Below, in pieces: positions 39,334 to 49,286 of a stretch of 64,000 bases of DNA. This DNA comes from Candidatus Bathyarchaeota archaeon (GTDB taxonomy: Archaea; Thermoproteota; Bathyarchaeia; Bathyarchaeales; Bathycorpusculaceae), in NCBI GenBank assembly GCA_963833575.1, contig CAWHXY010000008.1:96001-160000 (forward strand), written 5' to 3'. Numbering within the stretch: position 1 is the first letter of the stretch; each line of letters starts with the position of its first letter. The notes under the pieces were generated by a model. That model had not been told where the DNA came from. It saw nothing but the letters and a program-made list of their open reading frames with translations, and did not search any database. The position numbers and the translations under genes are program-made.

Positions 39334-39786
39334 ATGAAGCCTAAGAAAAAACTTTGTTGTTTCTTGCTCATTCTGTGCCTTTCAGTAGTTTTTGTTGGGA
39401 CTGTTAATGCGACCACAGAAAGTCTCAATATCGAGGCTGGAAAAGATTATGTTTGCAAAATAGGCCTCGTATCCGAAGACAAAATTCACTTGACTTTCGT
39501 AACTATAGGCCAAACATCATGTTTTTCAATAGTGTTTCCAAACTCAACGGTTTTGAACCTCGGAGAGACTGATCAATACTCCACCAGTTTTACTTCAGAC
39601 ACAACAGGAACATGCGAACTGCACTTTTGCAACACTAATTCATCAGAATCCTCACTTGTTTCCCTAAACTATGATGTAGAGCATTATATTCTTGGAATAC
39701 CTGAAATGATATTCCTTCTATTAGCCATAGCAGTTCTTTTGATGTTCATCTTAACAGGTTACGTCGTAATGGGCAAATATACGTAA
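39334..39786 (+). CDS. Secreted beta-sandwich protein with C-terminal TM (GOLD/p24-like architecture)
   Basis: Signal peptide ending VGTVNA, ~90-aa beta-rich domain (F...TTGTCELHFCN), TM helix, short tail. Confidence 0.6.
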   Translation: MKPKKKLCCFLLILCLSVVFVGTVNATTESLNIEAGKDYVCKIGLVSEDKIHLTFVTIGQTSCFSIVFPNSTVLNLGETDQYSTSFTSDTTGTCELHFCNTNSSESSLVSLNYDVEHYILGIPEMIFLLLAIAVLLMFILTGYVVMGKYT

Positions 39787-40666
39787 TTTGAAAAAATGAG
39801 TACGATAGCATTAACAGTGAAGAGCAAAAAAGGAAAAACATTTGAAAGTAACTTACAAATTAGTTTGTATGAAGCTGAGCCAGACCTGTAAAGTTTGTTA
39901 TTTTAAAGATGATATTCTCGGGGCCTTTTGGTCTCATGTAAGTAACTGTAACATAAACCGTATTCATGCTAAAGTCAAAGTTTCATAAGTGGAAAATGAA
40001 TCTTCAGTTTGGCGCTCATACAGTTTACTTTGAGCTCATCGATGAAAACATCAAAGCCTTTTTCGTCGTAGCGGCAGTATTGGGAAAATTTTTTCTTTAA
40101 GATCAGTCGCAAAAAACACGGCTTCTTGAGTTGGCTTTTCAGCCCTTTAGGTGATAATCCGAGTCTCTATAATCTTTGAAGTATTATCGAAAATTTTGTT
40201 TTATCTTTTCTTCGCATTAATTTTAAAAGAGTCTTTAACAAAGGCTTCTTCAACTACCTCAAAAACTAAATCTTTTCTGTCTAATGGACTCCAGAGTTCT
40301 TTTTGAAAACTGTTAGCTTCAGAAATTTTTTGTGTCCTCGTTTTGCATTCCTGAAACAAAGTTGTATAATTTTGAGAACTAAAGATTTATGAAGCTATAA
40401 TCAATATTATTTGATCAACGCATTATCTTTGGTTTTGCTTATGGCTAACTCAATGGATCTACAGAAATTTTAGCGTTATCTTGATCACAGTTTTTGATTT
40501 TTTGATGAAGGTTGAACTATAAAGATCGTGCAGCGCTTGTGGCGAAATCATTGGTAGGGATTAAGAAATGCAAAGACTATAATCTAATATATTGAAGCGA
40601 GCAAGTAATGGAGATACATTTATTAATTTTCCTTATTCTAAGTGCGGAAAAGGTCCACCTAATAGA

Positions 40667-40903
40667 ATGAATAAGAAGAATTCAGATCAAAGGTTGCCGT
40701 TGGTTGTTTGCGAATGCGGCTTCAAAATACTTATAGTTCCAGATTTGGATGAAATGGTACGCAGTATTGAAAATCATGCTGCAACACATGAGAAAGACGA
40801 GACTGAACGGGAAAAGGCGGTAGCGGAGCATTGTCGAATAGAAGAACTGTTAACCCAAAGAGTCATTATAGCAATTACCAAAAAAAATCCAAATCAGCAT
40901 TAA
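40667..40903 (+). CDS. Small C2H2-like Zn-binding protein
   Basis: VCECGFKILIVPDLDEM..SIENHAATH; start placed at ATG 40667. Confidence 0.7.
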   Translation: MNKKNSDQRLPLVVCECGFKILIVPDLDEMVRSIENHAATHEKDETEREKAVAEHCRIEELLTQRVIIAITKKNPNQH

Positions 40904-41105
40904 TAAAAACATTGCATGGTTTCTCCTTAGGCCATTTTGTAAGATAGATAGCTATGTCAAGCAAATTTTGAAATCATTTAATTATCAGTTGATAACAGAT
41001 CCGGAGATTGAAGCTGTTCTTACAAAATCAGTCTGCAACTTCAAGACTCAAATCGCAAACCTTTATATATAAAAATGTCGGAAGTTTATTCAAAGGTTTC
41101 AGAAT

Positions 41106-41372
41106 ATGCCATACAGTACACTGAAGCTGTACATTGACATAATTAAGACGTTAACCGAGCGCGGTCCATTGAGTATTCATGAATTGGCATCATTTTTAAA
41201 AGTCAAGCCCACAACGTTGAAGGCCCCTATTAGCTTCTTTACCGATCAAGCGATGATTAAGGAAAAAAACAACAACTCGATTGTGACTTACGTGACCACT
41301 AAACGTGGTACTCAAACTCTAAGATTTTTTAAGATTCAACCCTTACTAAAAGCAAGAATAGATGAGCCCTGA
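41106..41372 (+). CDS. Winged helix-turn-helix protein (archaeal regulator)
   Basis: YIDIIKTL..GPLSIHELA...YVTTKRGTQTLRFF; TATA-like TTTATATA upstream. Confidence 0.75.
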   Translation: MPYSTLKLYIDIIKTLTERGPLSIHELASFLKVKPTTLKAPISFFTDQAMIKEKNNNSIVTYVTTKRGTQTLRFFKIQPLLKARIDEP

Positions 41373-41674
41373 TTCTAAGATTACGTTTAAACAGCTTCAT
41401 CCTCATATATCTTGCAGCGCGTGAGGTTTTTCCTAAAATTGTCAAAAATGATTTTTGGTAAAAGTGATTATTTTCAATGCAATGGGTTCCCGAGATTGTA
41501 AAGTCATATCTATCTTTTTGCTCCTTGTCCATTGAGAATTATCCAGAGAAGCGGTAATAACAAAATTGTTAATTTGAATTCACCTAGCTTGGTGAAGCCT
41601 AACGAACAAAACAGAGAACTGTGCTTCTTAAAAACCGTTATTTATCATAGAAGCATGCTCTTAGAACTATTCAG

Positions 41675-41905
41675 GTGATAAAAATAAAAGAACAAAAAAA
41701 CAAAATACAAACTCAAGAGTTGTCCGAAGAAACAAATAAAGAGAATCCCTTTTTTCATTGTACTTGTGGAACCAAAATTTCAATTGTTTCAAATATGTAT
41801 TTGATGAGCAAAATCATAAACCGTCACTTAATAGAGCATAGACGGGTATATGGACCTGACGAAATTTTAACAGAAATAATAAAAGCTCTTTATGCTCAAG
41901 TCTGA
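41675..41905 (+). CDS. Small C2H2-like Zn-binding protein, paralog of 40667-40903
   Basis: HCTCGTKISIVSNMYLMSKIINRHLIEH. Confidence 0.6.
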   Translation: MIKIKEQKNKIQTQELSEETNKENPFFHCTCGTKISIVSNMYLMSKIINRHLIEHRRVYGPDEILTEIIKALYAQV

Positions 41906-42235
41906 CTTAGGCAAACTACATGACAAATAGTCAAAATAAGGTAGCAGGTTCTATGATTTCAGGAATTTCGGAAATGTGCTGAGCTGAAAGAAACCGGAGA
42001 GATAATTAGTGAAGATATCAATCGAAATCTTCCTGAAATTGTCGAGAAAATCGAAGCAATGATTTATCTTATGAAAGAACTTTTGCTCAAAAATGAGACA
42101 AAAGAAACAAGAAATGAGATTGTTGCTTTCTCATCCAACATTTGACTTTTGGTCAAAAAATTTTTTGAATACGATTTTAGCTTGTCAAAACTCCTTTGAG
42201 AACTTGATAACACGTTCACGAAATATTAAAAGATC

Positions 42236-42466
42236 TCAAAATTTTTGGAGTTTTGTTATTTCCTCTTTAAGTTCATCTATCTGCATCTGCATTTTAGCTC
42301 GTTCCTCAACGCTTTCTTCATCAAGCGTACATACATACAATGACAAACCTACAAACAATCCGGCGCCTATTAACGATTGAAGGGAAACTGAGATTATGTT
42401 TCCCCATAACAAATTGAAAACCCATAGCAATGTATAGATTGAAGCGGCCAATATTGCAATTTGCAT
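42236..42466 (-). CDS. Small two-TM membrane protein with coiled-coil tail
   Basis: Two hydrophobic segments followed by EERAKMQMQIDELKEEITKL. Confidence 0.45.
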   Translation of the reverse strand: MQIAILAASIYTLLWVFNLLWGNIISVSLQSLIGAGLFVGLSLYVCTLDEESVEERAKMQMQIDELKEEITKLQKF

Positions 42467-42721
42467 GATAAGTTCTATTTGAGCTGTTTCATTTTTAAAA
42501 CTTGTTAGAATCTACTGACAAAAGAATAAACTTAGAAAAGCGATGTTATATGTTTCAAATTTAATCAATTCGACATCAAAATTACAGTGAAATAAAGACA
42601 CTTCTTGGATGAACAAAAACTCTCTTTTCTTAAGTATTCCGATAAGAATAAAAACCCAAATCTACAATTAACTTAATAAGCGTAATTTTTTGTTTCTAAA
42701 GGCTGGAATAGAGGTGATTTT

Positions 42722-43051
42722 TTGAAAAAATTTATGATTTTATACATGGCATCAGTATCCGCGGAAGTGCAGATGAACGTGAGTCCAGAAGAGATGAAAA
42801 AAGGAATGGAACCTTGGATGGCTTGGTACAAGAAATGTGGAAAAGCAATCGTTGATCAGGGAGCTCCACTGGGAAAGAGCGAATGTTTAGACAAGAAGGG
42901 AAGCGCCAAGAACCTGATACAGGTAACAGGGTATACTATTGTTCAGGCAAAGGATATTGTTGCTGCGAAAGCCATGGTCACTAATCATCCACATTTAATG
43001 ATGCCAAAGGCAAGTATTGAAGTCCTTGAAATCATGCCAATGACAGTGTAA
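42722..43051 (+). CDS. YciI/DGPF-like dimeric alpha-beta barrel protein
   Basis: MKKFMILY, WMAW, IVDQGAPL, VTGYTIVQA, HPHL...IEVLEI; SD GAGGTGA. Confidence 0.8.
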   Translation: MKKFMILYMASVSAEVQMNVSPEEMKKGMEPWMAWYKKCGKAIVDQGAPLGKSECLDKKGSAKNLIQVTGYTIVQAKDIVAAKAMVTNHPHLMMPKASIEVLEIMPMTV

Positions 43052-43285
43052 AATTGCTAGACAAGAATCTTCTCGATTTTTTACTCTAAAATTTTTTCCT
43101 TAGATCTGTCGTTTTTTGTGTGAGCAGTTGAAGTGATATTTTAAAGTGCGGCCTGCAATACTATCAAGCAAGTGCTATGTAACGAGACTAACGAGGCATT
43201 ATGAACAACCATATAATATTCTGATTATCGAAATACGCCTTAAAAGCTGAAAAATGATAAAAGTTTCACTGGGAAATAGACAGAT

Positions 43286-43846
43286 ATGGCAGAGAACCAT
43301 GGATCGAAAGATAAGTCAATGGAAGCTTTAGATTTCATAATCAATGTACTGAGAGAACATGAACAAAACTTGGACAAGTCGATAGATCAGTTGGCGACGG
43401 TTACCGAACAAATAGGTAACACAGAGACGTTAAACGCTACATTGGAAAAGGCCGAAGAAAAATTAGACAAACTTCTAAAAGAAGTAACGAGTTTAGTTGG
43501 CTTACTGACAAGCATACCTAACAAAGCTGTACCAACTGCCATGAAAGAACAAGGGCTTCAGACGCAGGTAGCACCTGTAGTATCGCCAGCTGTGTTTCAA
43601 GTAGGAATTTCTGCGATTTTAAATTGCTCAGCATGGGAAGATTTTCAGATCCTTGCAATTCATCCACAAACATTGACTTTTAACTATGATGAAAATGAGA
43701 AGGTTTTCACGGCTAATGCGCTTAAAGGAAACCAGATGATCACATACGCTGGTGCCCTTCCAAGCTTTCCATTAATTCTTAAAATATGGCTATCTGGAAA
43801 GTTGGACATAGCAGAACAGAATATTTTTGAAGGTTCATTGGCTTAA
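43286..43846 (+). CDS. Hypothetical coiled-coil protein
   Basis: EALDFIINVLREHEQNLDKSIDQL coiled coil; C-terminal alpha/beta domain (CSAWEDF). Confidence 0.7.
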   Translation: MAENHGSKDKSMEALDFIINVLREHEQNLDKSIDQLATVTEQIGNTETLNATLEKAEEKLDKLLKEVTSLVGLLTSIPNKAVPTAMKEQGLQTQVAPVVSPAVFQVGISAILNCSAWEDFQILAIHPQTLTFNYDENEKVFTANALKGNQMITYAGALPSFPLILKIWLSGKLDIAEQNIFEGSLA

Positions 43847-44251
43847 CCAAAATAGTATACTTTTTTGGATAATGATTGTTCAGCGTTAAAATAACTGGAG
43901 TTCGCGAACTCCGTAAGTCAAGAAATCCACTGATTCTACTTTGTTTTGTTAAGGATGATTACTTTTCTGTAATCCTTTAGATTGATAGCTGAAACTTGAT
44001 TTTTCGTTATCTGTTGGATTTGCAAATTTGTATGCAAAGTCCCCAAGACTCATATCTTGGTTTGAACAGACGGTGCAAATTAGTTTTTCGCGGTCTTCTT
44101 GTCTGAAACTTAACTGGTTGTTTGAGTTTATCTGATATCCTGTTTCTTTGGCTGTTTTCATTTATTATCCAGACTGACATTTCTTCAATGTCAAGTACAT
44201 CGAATATCCAGCTTCTGATCTTAAGTGGTTAGACCAAAATTTTGCGAATAG

Positions 44252-44644
44252 TCAAATCTTTTTTCTCTCAATTAATTCAATAAGTGTTCCATCTGGGTCT
44301 TCAATAAAAGCAATTATTGTATTTGGATTGAACTTAAATGGTTCATCGGTAACCGTTATTTTTTCTTTTCGCATTCCAGCAATAGTTTTGTTGATGTCTG
44401 CAACTTCAAAGCCTAAATGGTCAAACAAGCGTTCTTCATATTCTGGCTGACTGAACTTCAGTTGATTACGGTACAGGGTTAATTCTAATTTGCAGCCTTC
44501 GCCTCTTGGATCTTGAAGGAAAGCTATTTCCGCGTTGGTCTGTTTGATCTCACGTCTGCTCAGGAGTTTTAAACCTAAAAACCGGGAGTAAAAATCGATG
44601 GATCGATCCATATTACTTGTGCGAATGCTTGCATGAACAAACAT
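44252..44644 (-). CDS. VOC family / lactoylglutathione lyase (glyoxalase I-like)
   Basis: HASIRTSNMDRSIDFY, LELT, DHLGFEV, FIEDPDGTLIELIE. Confidence 0.92.
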   Translation of the reverse strand: MFVHASIRTSNMDRSIDFYSRFLGLKLLSRREIKQTNAEIAFLQDPRGEGCKLELTLYRNQLKFSQPEYEERLFDHLGFEVADINKTIAGMRKEKITVTDEPFKFNPNTIIAFIEDPDGTLIELIERKKI

Positions 44645-44702
44645 TTCTTTTCACCTAATATTAAAGTTAAGAAATGAATGGGGGTTTTTTATAATCTTTT
44701 AC

Positions 44703-45122
44703 TTATTGACACCTTTTTGATTGTTTATCTAAGGTTTTGTTTACAAGTGCATCTGCCTTTTGAATTTGTGAATTGCTTCTTGGAACATTGACAAAACTTG
44801 TTTTTTTGAAGCTGCGTTTCAATTCTTGTACTCTGCGCCACAACTTTTGTAATTCGAGATTTTTCACGGTGTATTCGCCCCTGAGCTGTTTGGCAACCAA
44901 TTCGCTGTCAAGATGACAAATCACTTCTTCAACTTTGATGGTAATAGCGAATTCTAAGGCAACAATCAACGCGTTGTACTCCGCTTGGTTGTTGGTGTGG
45001 TTTCCTATGAAAAGGGAATCCTCGTGAATAACCGCGCCTGTATCCGTAACTGCAAGGTATGCTATTGCGGATGGCCCCGGATTTCCTCTTGCGCCGCCGT
45101 CACTATATAGCAGTAAACGCAT
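44703..45122 (-). CDS. rnhA: Ribonuclease HI family protein
   Basis: YSDGGARGNPGP, TNNQAEYNAL, DSELVAKQ, VPR..ADAL. Confidence 0.93.
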   Translation of the reverse strand: MRLLLYSDGGARGNPGPSAIAYLAVTDTGAVIHEDSLFIGNHTNNQAEYNALIVALEFAITIKVEEVICHLDSELVAKQLRGEYTVKNLELQKLWRRVQELKRSFKKTSFVNVPRSNSQIQKADALVNKTLDKQSKRCQ

Positions 45123-45363
45123 AATTATTTGTCCTCGCTTTCACCTTGACGTTAAAGAAACTAAATTACATGAAACATTGATAAAGAAATCGATGTAAGT
45201 ACAGATCCTTTTCGGCTTTCCCTTTTTGCACTTGCCGATTTTCAGCTTTCTTAAAATTTTTTAGACCCTTTGTTAGATTCAATCTTCGAGCGATTTGAAC
45301 ACAGAAGTAAGAAAAGCAATATAAAGCAAGCTTTTTCAGAATTCTACAACTTTCAATAGTAGT

Positions 45364-45513
45364 AGAAGAAGAAGTGTGCACCCACACGTTTTCTTCTTCT
45401 TTCTAACGCTTAGAAGAAGTAGGACAATCGCAGGGAGCACCGTGTCCTTCTTCTTCTATCAAGAGAAGAACAACACCCCGGTGCTACCACAAACTGTCGT
45501 TGTTCTTCCTTGA
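45364..45513. repeat. Three tandem imperfect inverted repeats with AGAAGAA/TTCTTCT-type stems (candidate structured RNA or operator array)
   Basis: Stems 45364-78/45383-400, 45411-26/45443-58 and 45459-74/45499-513, each ~15 bp. Confidence 0.85.
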
Positions 45514-45745
45514 ATAATTTAAGTTTCATAAGTCTGCCAAACAGCCCGTCGGGCAGATTGACTATTCATTTTGATTTGAACTAATTTGTCATTACCTCTC
45601 ATTTTATAAAAATGTCTAATACTTTCTATTTTTGACTAAAATTGTCGAATAACGAACCTAGTTACAGATAAATTAATCCTTGATTAAGAAAACAAGCAAA
45701 AGAGTAAAGAAAAGAATCGGGCCAGAAAAAAATCAATTTCTTCTC

Positions 45746-46126
45746 TTATTTGAGCGACTCTTTCAAAGCAGAAAAGTAAGCTAACACCTGGCCAATTTGC
45801 TCTTCAGACATCGATAGAATAGTTTTAACGGCTGTTTTCTGCTTTGCTGATGAAGAAACCGCTATAGTGGCTAAAGCATAATCAAGGCTTGTAAAAAGGG
45901 GGTCCCAAGGAATGTTAACTCGTTTACCTTTCAAGTTGTATAACGCAAGGACAAAGGCGCTAGCCCTGCTTAAGCTATCTTTAAAGGACTGTACAGATTG
46001 ACCAATAGTTATGCTATCGTAATCTTTCCCAGATAGAAAACTCTTAATTACTGAGTAATTTTTTTCTAAATTCTGAATTTCCTCAATAAGATCTTGCTTA
46101 ATTTTAGCTTCGGTATTGTCTTGCAT
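45746..46126 (-). CDS. Hypothetical helical protein
   Basis: 126-aa ORF with normal composition, divergent from leuS. Confidence 0.7.
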   Translation of the reverse strand: MQDNTEAKIKQDLIEEIQNLEKNYSVIKSFLSGKDYDSITIGQSVQSFKDSLSRASAFVLALYNLKGKRVNIPWDPLFTSLDYALATIAVSSSAKQKTAVKTILSMSEEQIGQVLAYFSALKESLK

Positions 46127-46275
46127 GCTTCATCGCTTTGTTGTATGTGAAAATCAAGTAGATAAGACTTTTTTTCGTTTCACGAATTTTTTTGAGTCAT
46201 GATACAGAAATGTTAAGATCCAGTTAAAATCGAAAGCAAAACTCTTAATAGCCAATGACTTAATCAACAAGTTTC

Positions 46276-49158
46276 ATGAGCCAAACCAAGCAAATCGAGC
46301 AGAAATGGCACACCAAATGGGAAAACGCACATGTTTTTGAGGCTGATCCTGATCCAGAAAGAAAGAAAATAATGGTAACTTTTCCATTCCCATACATGAA
46401 CGGTCCATTGCATGTTGGGCATACCTTCACGGCTTCAAGGGTTGATGCTTACGCGCGGTTTAAGCGTATGCAAGGTTACAATGTGCTCTGGCCTTGGGCT
46501 TGGCATTGGACAGGTCAACCGCTTTTAGGAGCCAGCCAACGAGTAGCCAGGGGCGACGAAGCCTATGTTAAAGTGCTCCGTGAAGTTGACGGCGTACCAG
46601 AATCAGAACTAAAAAAATTCGTTGACCCCTTGTACATGGCTCAATATTACACTAATGAAGGACGATTAGCCGCCAAAGGCATTGGGTTCTCGATTGATTG
46701 GCGACGAGAATTCACAACTGTAATGCCTACATTCCAAAAATTTATCGAGTGGCAATACAAAAACCTTAAAGAAAAAGGCTATGTTACCCGGGGAACTCAC
46801 CCAGTAGTGTGGTGTCCCAAAGATCAAAGCCCAACAGGTGATCATGACCGCCAAATAGGCGAAGGCGTCACCCCAGAGCAATATACTTTAATAAAATATA
46901 AGCTGGGTGACAACACGTTTTTGCCAGCTGCAACTTTCCGGCCAGAAACCATCTATGGAATCACAAATATCTGGATAAATCCAGATGCCGAATATGTTGA
47001 AGCAGACGTTAATGGTGAAAACTGGATTGTTAGCCAAGAAGCCTCTGAGAAACTGAAAGAGCAACAAAAGAAAGTTCAAGTCAAACGCTCATTTAAAGGG
47101 AAAGAACTTATTGGCAAAATCTTTGAAAATCCAGTTACTAAATGTAAGTTTCCAATTTTGCCGGGGTGGTTTGTGGACCCTAAAACTGCTACAGGCATTG
47201 TTTACAGTGTGCCGGCACATGCACCATACGATTGGCTTGCGCTTAAGGATTTGCAGGATAAGGCTGAAGTGCTTGCGGAGTTTGGCATTGACCCAGAAAT
47301 GGTCATGCAGATAAAGCCTATTTCGATAATCAAAGTTGAAGGTTTGAGCGAGTACCCGGCAGTTGAAATAGTCAAGCAAATGGGCATAAAAGATCAGCAT
47401 GACCCTAAAGCTGATGAGGCAACAAAAGCAATCTACAAAAAAGAGTTTCATAGCGGAGTTTTAAAAGAGAATTGTGGACCTTACGCTGGAAAAACCGTCC
47501 GGGAAGTCAAAGACACCCTTATTGAAGACTTTCGTAAGCTCGGCGTCGCCGACTGCATGTACGACTTGCCAGAACAAGTGGTTTGCAGATGCATGACCCA
47601 ATGCATAGTAAAGATTCTCTCAGATCAATGGTTCCTAAACTACTCGGACCCCGAATGGAAATCAAAAGCAAAAGAAGCCGTAGCAAAGATGACAATTTAC
47701 CCAGACTCTGCAAAACAATCCTTCTACACTGTCATAGATTGGCTTAGAGAATGGGCATGCGCAAGAACAACAGGGTTTGGAACACCACTGCCATGGGGGA
47801 AAGGCTGGATAATCGAAACACTAAGCGATTCTACAGTTTATATGGCATTTTACACAATTAACAATCACATAAAACAAAACAACATCAAACCCGAAACTTT
47901 AACGCCTGAGGTCTTCGACTACATTTTCTATGGAAAAGGAAATCCAATCGAACTTCAAGAAGCAATTGGAATAAACACTTCTTTACTAGACGCGATGCGA
48001 AATGAATTTTTATACTGGTATCCATTCGACCTTAGAAACTCAGCTAAAGAACTAGTCCCAAACCATTTGTCCTTCTGCATCTTCCATCACGCTGCCCTGT
48101 TTCCACCTGAGCATTGGCCAAAAGCCATCGGAGTAAATGGCATGCTTATGGTCGAAGGACAAGGAATGCACAAAAGCAAAGGCAACTTCATAACAATGAA
48201 AGCTGCTGTTGAAAAGTATGGAGCCGACGCCACTCGATGTGCATTGTTATTGGGAGCGGAAGGCATGGATGACCCAGATTGGCGCACAGAAAACGTTAGC
48301 GATTTACAGGGTAAGTTTGAGGCGCTGATTACTTTTGCAAGCGGAATAATGATTTCTGCCAAAAAGGATGAGAACACGACGCTTGAACGTTGGCTTATAG
48401 GTAAACTTCAGCACCGAATAGAAGAAGTTACAGCAAGCTTGAATGAGCTCAAAACACGAACCGCATTGCAGACTGCATTGTTTGAAACTTGGAATGACCT
48501 GCGCTGGTACATCCAACGGAAAGGCAGAAGTGACGCTAAAGCGTTGCGTGAAGCTGTGATTGTTTGGCTCAAATTGCTTGCACCTTTTGCACCTTTCATT
48601 ACAGAGGAACTTTGGAGTCAAACAGGCGAAGCGGGCTTTATCAGTGTCACATCGTGGCCGGTTTGCGATGAAGCAAAAGTGGATGTGGCGGCTGAAGAAC
48701 AGGAAAACTTCGTAACTGATTTAATGTCAGACACATCAAACATACTAAAAGCGATGAAGATTACACCTAAACGTGTGTGTTACTACACCGCTGCATCATG
48801 GAAATGGCAAGTGTACCTAAAGATTTTGGAGAAGTCTTTATCTGGGGAAGCGAAAATTAACGAGTTAATGAAAGAATTTGCCACAGATAAAGATTTAAAG
48901 CCACGTATGAAGGATATTGCCGGGTTGGTTCCAAGAGCAATGAAAGCTTTAGCTAAACTTCCAAGCGAGAGAAAAACTAGCATTTTAAAAATTAAAAAGG
49001 TGAATGAGAAAGAACTCTTGGAAAACTCGGTTTGCTTTTTGAAAGAACGATTCAAAGCTGAAGTATCGGTTTACAGCGAAGATGACCAGACGCGCTATGA
49101 CCCTAAATGTCGAGCATTAATGACTATGCCTTATCAACCAGCAATATACGTTGAGTAA
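46276..49158 (+). CDS. leuS: Leucine--tRNA ligase (archaeal type)
   Basis: FPYMNGPLHVGH (HIGH), GDHDRQIGEG, ATFRPET, VPAHAPYD, ETLSDSTVYMA, GMHKSKGN (KMSKS variant). Confidence 0.97.
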   Translation: MSQTKQIEQKWHTKWENAHVFEADPDPERKKIMVTFPFPYMNGPLHVGHTFTASRVDAYARFKRMQGYNVLWPWAWHWTGQPLLGASQRVARGDEAYVKVLREVDGVPESELKKFVDPLYMAQYYTNEGRLAAKGIGFSIDWRREFTTVMPTFQKFIEWQYKNLKEKGYVTRGTHPVVWCPKDQSPTGDHDRQIGEGVTPEQYTLIKYKLGDNTFLPAATFRPETIYGITNIWINPDAEYVEADVNGENWIVSQEASEKLKEQQKKVQVKRSFKGKELIGKIFENPVTKCKFPILPGWFVDPKTATGIVYSVPAHAPYDWLALKDLQDKAEVLAEFGIDPEMVMQIKPISIIKVEGLSEYPAVEIVKQMGIKDQHDPKADEATKAIYKKEFHSGVLKENCGPYAGKTVREVKDTLIEDFRKLGVADCMYDLPEQVVCRCMTQCIVKILSDQWFLNYSDPEWKSKAKEAVAKMTIYPDSAKQSFYTVIDWLREWACARTTGFGTPLPWGKGWIIETLSDSTVYMAFYTINNHIKQNNIKPETLTPEVFDYIFYGKGNPIELQEAIGINTSLLDAMRNEFLYWYPFDLRNSAKELVPNHLSFCIFHHAALFPPEHWPKAIGVNGMLMVEGQGMHKSKGNFITMKAAVEKYGADATRCALLLGAEGMDDPDWRTENVSDLQGKFEALITFASGIMISAKKDENTTLERWLIGKLQHRIEEVTASLNELKTRTALQTALFETWNDLRWYIQRKGRSDAKALREAVIVWLKLLAPFAPFITEELWSQTGEAGFISVTSWPVCDEAKVDVAAEEQENFVTDLMSDTSNILKAMKITPKRVCYYTAASWKWQVYLKILEKSLSGEAKINELMKEFATDKDLKPRMKDIAGLVPRAMKALAKLPSERKTSILKIKKVNEKELLENSVCFLKERFKAEVSVYSEDDQTRYDPKCRALMTMPYQPAIYVE

Positions 49159-49286
49159 TCGTAAATTTACTTTTTTCTTCATTGTTAGATTTGAATTCAA
49201 TGTGGATGAAAAGCAATTTAGAGCAGCCAAACAGTAAATCCAATGCACAACAAGCAATCATTTGATAGCAAGAGGAAAGTGACTTA

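Noticed and set aside
45166-45387. 73-aa ORF overlapping the hairpin region
   Set aside because: No recognisable motif or SD; its start lies within hairpin 1; likely spurious.
45364-45513. Mini CRISPR array or replication origin (ORB boxes)
   Set aside because: Units are inverted repeats with differing stems rather than identical direct repeats; no cas or cdc6/orc1 nearby and no ORB consensus recognised.
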